A stretch of 64,000 bases of DNA from a bacterium (lineage in GTDB: Bacteria; Patescibacteriota; Minisyncoccia; Minisyncoccales; GWA2-46-15): assembly GCA_030693425.1 (NCBI GenBank), contig JAUYAM010000005.1, positions 12,950 to 76,949 of the forward strand, given 5' to 3'. Positions within the stretch are counted from its first letter, which is position 1. Every line of letters begins with the position of its first letter. Position numbers and translations under genes: made by a program. Below the pieces are notes generated by a model. It was not told where the DNA came from, did not search any database, and saw only the letters and a program-made list of their open reading frames with translations. Below are positions 25,789-32,114 of the stretch, one piece after another.

Positions 25789-27495
25789 CTATTTATAAAA
25801 GTTGGTTACAGACCAAATGCAATACGGATGGCTGCTGCACCAGCCGCCTGGCCCGGTGAAGCAATCATGGTAGTGTTCGCACTGGTCGTCAATGGGACAT
25901 TTCGCCGCCATTCCTCCTCCTCCCGCGCAACCCCCGGTCTTAGAAAGACAGACGTCAACCAGATACCCGCTTTCCCAGACTTTAATGGCGGTTTGGAAGT
26001 CTCTTTGATCCCATGAGCAGTCAGTGGTGTGGACGCTGTGGCCGGCATTGAGCGGTATGCCAAAACAGCTCGTGCCGGTAAAGTCATAGCCCGGGTCTTT
26101 TGAGCCCAATGCCCCCCGGCTTAGATGTTTGGCAACAGCAAAGGTTGCATCCAAAAGATTACATGGGTTTGGCACTCTGCCGGGCGCGACTTCATTTACA
26201 GCGCCTTTAAGGCTATTCCATATATACTCTGCCTGAAAAGGAACGATTCCTTGCGAAGGAAAAACGCTAGGATCGCAGTTAGGCATTCCTCCGCCTTCGC
26301 AGCTCCAGTTTTCAATATTTTCGTTGGTCCAAGTGTATCTGCCGGGATTAAAAGCTCCCTCGCCATACATAACTCCAAGCATGAGCGACGGCGGAACGTG
26401 AAAAGTTTCGGCGGCCGCTTCCACTATTGCCTGAAAAGTAGGTAAATCGCTTAACCTCGGTACTGACCAGAATGTCACACCAGCATTTGAAAGTTTACAA
26501 GATCCGCTTGCAGGAGGGAGGCTGATCGGACTCGGAGAACCAGAACAAATCAAGGAACCGCTCCCTGAACCTGGCCCCCATATCTTTTTGACCACGACGT
26601 TCATTTCGTCTTTAATGCTCTGGAAAGTGTAAAAATCGATTCCGTGACCTTGGGAGTTTTCCAGAAAGTTTTTGGCTAACCCGAGCTTCCCCGATTCTTT
26701 ATACAGAGCCATCAAAGCCATAATGACTGCCAGGCGTTTTGCTTTCAAAACTTCAAGGGCGGCAGAAAGTTCTAACCGTTTCGAGTCGATCTGCGCTTTT
26801 TTAGGGCAGAGTTCCTCAAAAGTGCCCTCGCAGTCAGGAGCGGCAACGCAGTCGTCGTCGCATTCTGAATCCAACCGAGAGCACTTACAGGTGTCTAAAA
26901 GGTCTTTAAGCTCCTGGCTTTTTTCGGTCACTATTATTGAAGCCTCTTTCAGGGCTTCGGCCGGGGCTTTGGTCTGTTTCATCTTTTCTATAACCGAAAT
27001 TTCGATCGTGCCGATCGGCAGTTCCCAGAAAACAGCGGGTTTTTCCAGATTGATGCTGGGCAAGGGACCCATAGAAGGGCTCGGATGGCTGACGGCAGAC
27101 AGTCTCATAAAGAGCAGGCTGGGGTTGATGACTTTCAAAAGCATAAAAGAACAGAGTAGCAGCAAAAGGCCGGTAAGGGCGGAAGTCATCTGATCCCTGG
27201 CGGCGACAGTTCTGCCGATATTGGCGCCGGCAGTCAAGTAAAGGACCCCGCCAAAGACAATGGCACAGCCGGCGATGAGCGAGCCTAAGATCAAAGCAAG
27301 GCCGTAAAAGTATTTGACGAACAAAGGCACGGCGTATTCGCTGGGATATATCTTGGCTTTGATCTTGGGCATAAACTCCTGGGGAGATTCCATTCCCGGA
27401 ACGTCCGGATAAACGATTTCCAAAGCAAGGGCTTGGGGAGCGAACCCTAAAAGCAAAATTGATATTAAAAAGATTAAAAACGCTTTGTTATTCAT
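25789..27495 (-). CDS. pilin-like two-TM module fused to a Cys-rich and lysozyme/SLT-like domain
   Basis: 568 aa. Signal peptide, YPDVP, hairpin ...AIVFGGVLYLTAGAN...LLCSFMLLKVINPSL that is paralogous to 22585..23889. The C-terminal part has VPPSLMLGVMYGEGAFN, reminiscent of lytic transglycosylase catalytic-Glu regions. Confidence 0.55.
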   Translation of the reverse strand: MNNKAFLIFLISILLLGFAPQALALEIVYPDVPGMESPQEFMPKIKAKIYPSEYAVPLFVKYFYGLALILGSLIAGCAIVFGGVLYLTAGANIGRTVAARDQMTSALTGLLLLLCSFMLLKVINPSLLFMRLSAVSHPSPSMGPLPSINLEKPAVFWELPIGTIEISVIEKMKQTKAPAEALKEASIIVTEKSQELKDLLDTCKCSRLDSECDDDCVAAPDCEGTFEELCPKKAQIDSKRLELSAALEVLKAKRLAVIMALMALYKESGKLGLAKNFLENSQGHGIDFYTFQSIKDEMNVVVKKIWGPGSGSGSLICSGSPSPISLPPASGSCKLSNAGVTFWSVPRLSDLPTFQAIVEAAAETFHVPPSLMLGVMYGEGAFNPGRYTWTNENIENWSCEGGGMPNCDPSVFPSQGIVPFQAEYIWNSLKGAVNEVAPGRVPNPCNLLDATFAVAKHLSRGALGSKDPGYDFTGTSCFGIPLNAGHSVHTTDCSWDQRDFQTAIKVWESGYLVDVCLSKTGGCAGGGGMAAKCPIDDQCEHYHDCFTGPGGWCSSHPYCIWSVTNFYK

Positions 27496-28285
27496 TTGAA
27501 GGCGGCGAACTAGTCAGTTCCATGTAAACGGAAATCGTCCAAAAGGGCAAAGCGCCAATAAGAGGAACAATTTCGCCGATAAAGGCGAGAACTACTCTCA
27601 AGACTCTGGCGCCGACTTTGACGGCTTTGCCTCCGGCTTTGGCGGCTTTGGCGGCTTTGGCGGCAGCCTGTTTCGTTTTTTTCCCGATCGCCTCAACCGC
27701 TTGTTTTCTCTGCGCGTGCTGTTCAACTACCCCCTCTGCATATTCTTCAGAGCTAAACTGCTTTCCCATAATCATAGCCCTTAGCATGATCAGTCCGCCG
27801 ATGACTATCAGCCCGACGATATCTGAAATCCAGGAAAAAATTTCACCAAGGCCGTAAGCGACGTCGAGCACGGTAAAAAGTATGCCGGCAAAATCAATGA
27901 TCAAAGCCGTGCCTATCAGAAAAATTCCCCAGGGAGTCAGAAGCTCCAGGTATTTGCTGCCCGTAGAGGTTTCGGTTTCCTCGTCCGATTCCTCCTCCTC
28001 CTCATCATCATCATCATCCTCTTCCTCACCTTCTTCTTCCCCTTCCTCCTCTTCGGTTCTCTCTGTCGTTTCTTCTCGCTCGATTTTTTCCGAACCAAAA
28101 TCTTTTTCGGCTTTCTCTTCTGTAGAAGAAGGACTTTCTGCTCTTGGCCCGCCCGGTTTTTCGATTTCAGGGGAAGGAATGTTGTCCGGCGCCGGCGCGC
28201 CGGGTTTTTCCATTCCCGAAGAAGGAGGTTTCCCCGCCGGAGGAGTCTTTATTGGCACTGGTTTTGGCACAGTTCCTCCTGCCAT
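27488..28285 (-). CDS. membrane protein with Pro/Glu-rich disordered N-terminus
   Basis: 265 aa. A poly-E/D tract (EEEEGEEEGEEEDDDDDEEEE) followed by 3-4 predicted TM helices. Confidence 0.55.
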   Translation of the reverse strand: MAGGTVPKPVPIKTPPAGKPPSSGMEKPGAPAPDNIPSPEIEKPGGPRAESPSSTEEKAEKDFGSEKIEREETTERTEEEEGEEEGEEEDDDDDEEEEESDEETETSTGSKYLELLTPWGIFLIGTALIIDFAGILFTVLDVAYGLGEIFSWISDIVGLIVIGGLIMLRAMIMGKQFSSEEYAEGVVEQHAQRKQAVEAIGKKTKQAAAKAAKAAKAGGKAVKVGARVLRVVLAFIGEIVPLIGALPFWTISVYMELTSSPPSNE

Positions 28286-28297
28286 GGTATTTATTAT

Positions 28298-30085
28298 TTA
28301 CTCTTCTGATTCTTGTTTAGCTCTTCTAATTTTCAAAACTTCTTCTGGAGAAGTGGTAATAATTTGGTCTTCGGCGTAAGAAGCGACAATGCGGATGGCA
28401 ACGTGTTTTTGGCCGGCGATGAACACTCCCTCGCCGATGCCAGATTGCAAAAGGAGCATTTTTTCCTCCTCGGTCAGGTTGAAAGTTTTTTGGACTTGGT
28501 TGACTATGGCCGGGCTTTGCTTCAAGAGAAGCTGGAGCGAGGAGTTGGCGACAATGGCCAAACCGTAGCTTGATCCCAGGAAGTCGCCGACGTCCTGAGT
28601 GATAGTTGTTAATCCCAGCCAGTATTTTCTCGCTCTTTTGGCCACGCCAAAAAGAAAAGAGGCGCCATCGTTAGACTGCATCAGCCACCAGGCCTCATCG
28701 ATCAAGAGCATCCTTTTTTTGAGCTGGGAGCGGATCTTGTTCCAGATATACCTCATAACTACGAACATCGCCATTGGCCGAAGTTCATCCTCCATATCTC
28801 TGATGCCGAAAACGACCATGTTTTTGTCCAGAGAAAGATTGCTCGGCTGGTTGAAAAAGTTGGCAAAAGTCCCCTGGGTGAACTTTCTCAATCTTCTTAC
28901 CAAAGAATCCCCTCCCTCCATGGTTTCGAGAACCGATTCCAAATCGGACATAAGGGGGATGTTTTCCTGCCACTTTAAGGGATCGGATTCCGGGGTAATG
29001 TCTTTGGCGGCATAGGTTTCGGCTATGGCCCGGTCGATAATGGCGTCTTCTTCTGCGGTTAAACCGCCGAGCATAAGTCGCAAGAGCCCCACGAGGTTAA
29101 TGACGTTAGATCTAAGAACGTCTTCGGGATCTTCATCTTCCCGGGGCAGAGGCAGGTCAAAAGGGTTTATATGGTTTTCCGAGCTCAGGGAAATGTTGAA
29201 GAACGATCCACCGACGGCATCAACCAGGAACTTATATTCGTTCTCCGGGTCGATGACAATCGTGTCGACCCCGGTCATCAGAGACCTTAGGATTTCAACT
29301 TTCGCGAAGTAGCTTTTACCCCCACCCGATTTACTGAAAATTAAGAGGTTCGCATTCTCTAAACTAAAGCGGTCAAAAAGAATCAGGGAATTATTGTGCC
29401 GGTTGATGCCGTAAAGAGTCCCTTCGTTTGAACTTAAGTCAAAAGAAATGAAGGGAAAAGTTGAAGAAAGCGGGCTGGTGTTCATCGGCGTGTGGATGTC
29501 TAACAAATCCAGACCGTAAGGAGAAGTAGAAATGAATCCTTGTTTTTGTTGGAAAAGGGCGGGCTTGATGAAAATCAGTTTTCCCTCGAGGATTGATCTC
29601 AAGGTCAGCTCGACGTCGCGGAGTTGTTTTTCCGTGTCAGCGTAAATAGTAATATAGAGGCCGAACCTGAACATTTTTTCCTGGGCGGTTTGCAATCCGT
29701 CCCTCAAAGCTTCCATGTCTTGGAAAGCGGTTTCCAGGACAGGATCTCGGATGAGTCCTTTTTCCTGCCGGTCAATCAGCTCCGCTTGGACCTCGGTCAC
29801 TTTTTTTCTCAATAATTTCAAGATCAAGCCGGTATCAATCGGGTGGATGAAAAAACTAATGTCCATCGGCGTTTCGAGGTTGATGATGGGCGAAAACCAG
29901 CCGGTGGAAAGGTACCGGGGATAAGAAAAGGCGAAAAAGGATTTGGCGAGTTTTTCCCCGATCTTCAAAAAGCTCTGCTGGATTTCAATCGAAGACGGGG
30001 CGATAAAATCCCTGACGTTGAGAATCTCGGCTTCGAAGATTTTTTCCGGCAAACCCCGGTTTTTTTTAAAAAAGGGAATGTTCAT
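28298..30085 (-). CDS. VirB4/TraC/TrsE-like type IV secretion ATPase
   Basis: 595 aa. P-loop FSKSGGGKSYFAK, VIDPENEYKFL, INPFDL, Walker B MLLIDEAWWLM, and an N-terminal YPRYLSTGW-type VirB4 domain. Confidence 0.8.
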   Translation of the reverse strand: MNIPFFKKNRGLPEKIFEAEILNVRDFIAPSSIEIQQSFLKIGEKLAKSFFAFSYPRYLSTGWFSPIINLETPMDISFFIHPIDTGLILKLLRKKVTEVQAELIDRQEKGLIRDPVLETAFQDMEALRDGLQTAQEKMFRFGLYITIYADTEKQLRDVELTLRSILEGKLIFIKPALFQQKQGFISTSPYGLDLLDIHTPMNTSPLSSTFPFISFDLSSNEGTLYGINRHNNSLILFDRFSLENANLLIFSKSGGGKSYFAKVEILRSLMTGVDTIVIDPENEYKFLVDAVGGSFFNISLSSENHINPFDLPLPREDEDPEDVLRSNVINLVGLLRLMLGGLTAEEDAIIDRAIAETYAAKDITPESDPLKWQENIPLMSDLESVLETMEGGDSLVRRLRKFTQGTFANFFNQPSNLSLDKNMVVFGIRDMEDELRPMAMFVVMRYIWNKIRSQLKKRMLLIDEAWWLMQSNDGASFLFGVAKRARKYWLGLTTITQDVGDFLGSSYGLAIVANSSLQLLLKQSPAIVNQVQKTFNLTEEEKMLLLQSGIGEGVFIAGQKHVAIRIVASYAEDQIITTSPEEVLKIRRAKQESEE

Positions 30086-30090
30086 TGTTC

Positions 30091-30120
30091 TACGAATATA
30101 CGAATACGCTAATATGCTAA
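30091..30120. repeat. TTCGTA/ACGAAT word array abutting the virB4-like start codon
   Basis: tacgaatatacgaatacgctaatatgctaa. On the sense (minus) strand it reads TATTCGTATATTCGTAGAACA-ATG. Compare TATTCGTATAAATTCGTAATTCGTAGAATTCGT-ATG in front of dnaA. Confidence 0.8.
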
Positions 30121-30131
30121 CAGCTAAAATA

Positions 30132-30791
30132 CTAAAAGCTCGTTGGTTTTTCTTGGGTGAGTTCAGGAGGAATTTCGGGGTAATAGCCGACTTCGGCTTC
30201 GCTTGGATGGTGGATGGCCCAGAAAAACTCGATCAATTCCGGAGTCGCCAGAGGAACGACCTGCAGCTCCATTCTTTTTAATCCCAAAGCCAAAAATTCC
30301 ATTCTTTGCCAGAGCTGGGACTTGCATCTCTGGAACTGGTCTTCGGTCAAAGTCGGGAATTTAGGCATTTTAAAAAGGCTGCCTGAAGCGGACACTCCCT
30401 GGGCTTCCAAGATAGTGTAGGGGATGACCATAAAAAAAGTTTTGCTCATAATCGTTCCTCCCTCGACCAATCCCTTGATGAAATCATAGTAGCTGGCGGT
30501 TTGGGTTTTCATCAGCTCGCCGAGCTGAAGGTCCTCCAAACGTTTTATCTGGTCCAGATAGCCGGTAATGTTCAGTTTTCTCGATTGGACAATGATCTGG
30601 ACGGAAAAATCCAGGGAGTTTATAAAGCTCTGGAATTGGTAGATGATCGCCTGCTGCTCTTCGTCCGACTTCAAAGCAAAGTTCAGGGAGGAGATCATCA
30701 TTACTCCCCGGAGGCCCTTATTCTTTAGAATAATCATCCCCTCCCTAATCTGATCAATCTCTAAAAAGTCTTGAGTTGAAGATTTGGCCAT
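30132..30791 (-). CDS. stand-alone VirB4 N-terminal-domain-like protein
   Basis: 219 aa. SSLNFALKSDEEQQAIIYQFQSFINSLDFSVQIIVQS resembles, from memory, the first ~200 aa of Gram-positive conjugative VirB4 homologues. It has no P-loop. Confidence 0.45.
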   Translation of the reverse strand: MAKSSTQDFLEIDQIREGMIILKNKGLRGVMMISSLNFALKSDEEQQAIIYQFQSFINSLDFSVQIIVQSRKLNITGYLDQIKRLEDLQLGELMKTQTASYYDFIKGLVEGGTIMSKTFFMVIPYTILEAQGVSASGSLFKMPKFPTLTEDQFQRCKSQLWQRMEFLALGLKRMELQVVPLATPELIEFFWAIHHPSEAEVGYYPEIPPELTQEKPTSF

Positions 30792-30794
30792 AAT

Positions 30795-31220
30795 TTATCT
30801 TTGGGTGTCGACTCGGTTCGACATTTCTTTTAAGCGGCTTCTGCCGATCACTTTCAGTTCGGGCGAAATTATCTTCGGTTTGACTACCCTGCTTAAATCT
30901 TCCGTTTTTTTCCAGACAATTCTCGGCGGCAGCTCTTTTTTCTTCCAGAGATAGATTCTTGAGGAAACAAAAAAACCGAAGAAATTTCCGAGGATGACAG
31001 GAAACGACCTTCCCTCGACTCTTAAAAAGGCCAGGGCGGCGGTGACGAGGGCGATGACGCCGCTGGCCAGGAGAAAGAGAAAGAAATTGGTTTTTGCTAC
31101 GGAAAGATAGACAAAACCGATAAAAGCCCCTCCGATCGCCAGCAAGATAAACTGCTTGAAAGTGAAGGGACCGGCAATCTTTGTCTCTTGGTCAATGAAT
31201 TGAGGAACTTGAAACCGCAT
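30795..31220 (-). CDS. PrgI/VirB3-like small membrane protein
   Basis: 141 aa. MRFQVPQFIDQETKIAGPFTFKQFILL start plus two TM helices, located just upstream of virB4-like genes. Confidence 0.6.
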   Translation of the reverse strand: MRFQVPQFIDQETKIAGPFTFKQFILLAIGGAFIGFVYLSVAKTNFFLFLLASGVIALVTAALAFLRVEGRSFPVILGNFFGFFVSSRIYLWKKKELPPRIVWKKTEDLSRVVKPKIISPELKVIGRSRLKEMSNRVDTQR

Positions 31221-31230
31221 TTCTTAGTTG

Positions 31231-31255
31231 GCTAGCGGCTAGCGTCTAGCGGCTA
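31231..31255. repeat. heptamer array (GCTAGCG x3.5) flanking the four-helix-bundle gene
   Basis: gctagcg gctagcg tctagcg gctag. It contains CTAGCGTCTAG, whose reverse complement recurs at 31638-31648. Confidence 0.85.
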
Positions 31256-31617
31256 GTTTTTAATTCCAATTTTTTAATAAGAGTATTTAACATTTTTTGG
31301 ACTTCTTCGAGAAGATTTTCTGCTCTTGCGTAATTATTCTCGCGATATAAGTCTCCGGCGATTATAAGCTGGGTTTCTAATTCGGCCGAAGAGCCATAAG
31401 CAATATGCAAGAATTGTAAAAACTCTTTTAAGGTTCTTCTCAAATGTCCCTCGGCGATATTAGAAGGAATCGAAACGGCTGCTCTCCTCATTTGAATAGA
31501 CAACCCATAAACCTCAGCATTCGGGAACTTGCCGGTAAGAATATAAATTTCTTTTACCAGCTCGATCGCCCTGTTCCATACCGTCAGTTCTTTATAAGAC
31601 TTTAAATACATACGCAA
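31246..31617 (-). CDS. four-helix-bundle protein (23S rRNA intervening-sequence protein family)
   Basis: 123 aa. YKELTVWNRAIELVKEIY...FPNAEVYGLSIQMRRAAVSIPSNIAEG...GSSAELETQL is the classic signature of this family. Confidence 0.85.
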   Translation of the reverse strand: MRMYLKSYKELTVWNRAIELVKEIYILTGKFPNAEVYGLSIQMRRAAVSIPSNIAEGHLRRTLKEFLQFLHIAYGSSAELETQLIIAGDLYRENNYARAENLLEEVQKMLNTLIKKLELKTSR

Positions 31618-31623
31618 AAGGAT

Positions 31624-31648
31624 CTAGACGCTAATCCCTAGACGCTAG
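31624..31648. repeat. CTAGACGCTA(G) repeats flanking the four-helix-bundle gene (inverted relative to 31231-31255)
   Basis: ctagacgcta atcc ctagacgctag. Confidence 0.8.
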
Positions 31649-31654
31649 TCGCTG

Positions 31655-32071
31655 TTATTCAATAGGTTCTCGGTAAGCGTCTGGTTTTGCTGGCGGCTTG
31701 GGAACCGTTTCTGTTTTTTCCGTCGCTTCTTCTCCTGCGCCAGCGTCAGTTTTATGGAGGCTGGCCAGGCTTCTTTTTATCGGAGCAAAGATAAAGCGGT
31801 TTATTTCTTGAGAGATTGTTTTGGCGGTTTCTTCTTCCAAGGTTACCTCCTTTTCCAGAGACGGCAGAAATTCTCCCGGTGGCAAGAGCCCGTAAAGAAC
31901 GTCTCTGACCAATGCGGAAATTTTAGTCGCCCTTTCGTCAAAGATTTTGTTGTTGTCAAAAATCTGCTCAAGGGCGTTGAGATTTTCCTCGGAGTCAATT
32001 GCTTGCTTGATGTCTTCCGGCAGCTGAGAATAAAGCTTCATTATCTGCTCTCGAGTGTATTTTTTGATCAC
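31655..32071 (-). CDS. hypothetical protein in the T4SS-like operon
   Basis: 138-aa soluble ORF with an acidic/Pro-rich tail. No family recognised. Confidence 0.5.
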   Translation of the reverse strand: MIKKYTREQIMKLYSQLPEDIKQAIDSEENLNALEQIFDNNKIFDERATKISALVRDVLYGLLPPGEFLPSLEKEVTLEEETAKTISQEINRFIFAPIKRSLASLHKTDAGAGEEATEKTETVPKPPAKPDAYREPIE

Positions 32072-32114
32072 GGCAGTTTATTTTAATAAAATAATCGCAT
32101 TCCGATTAATCCGG

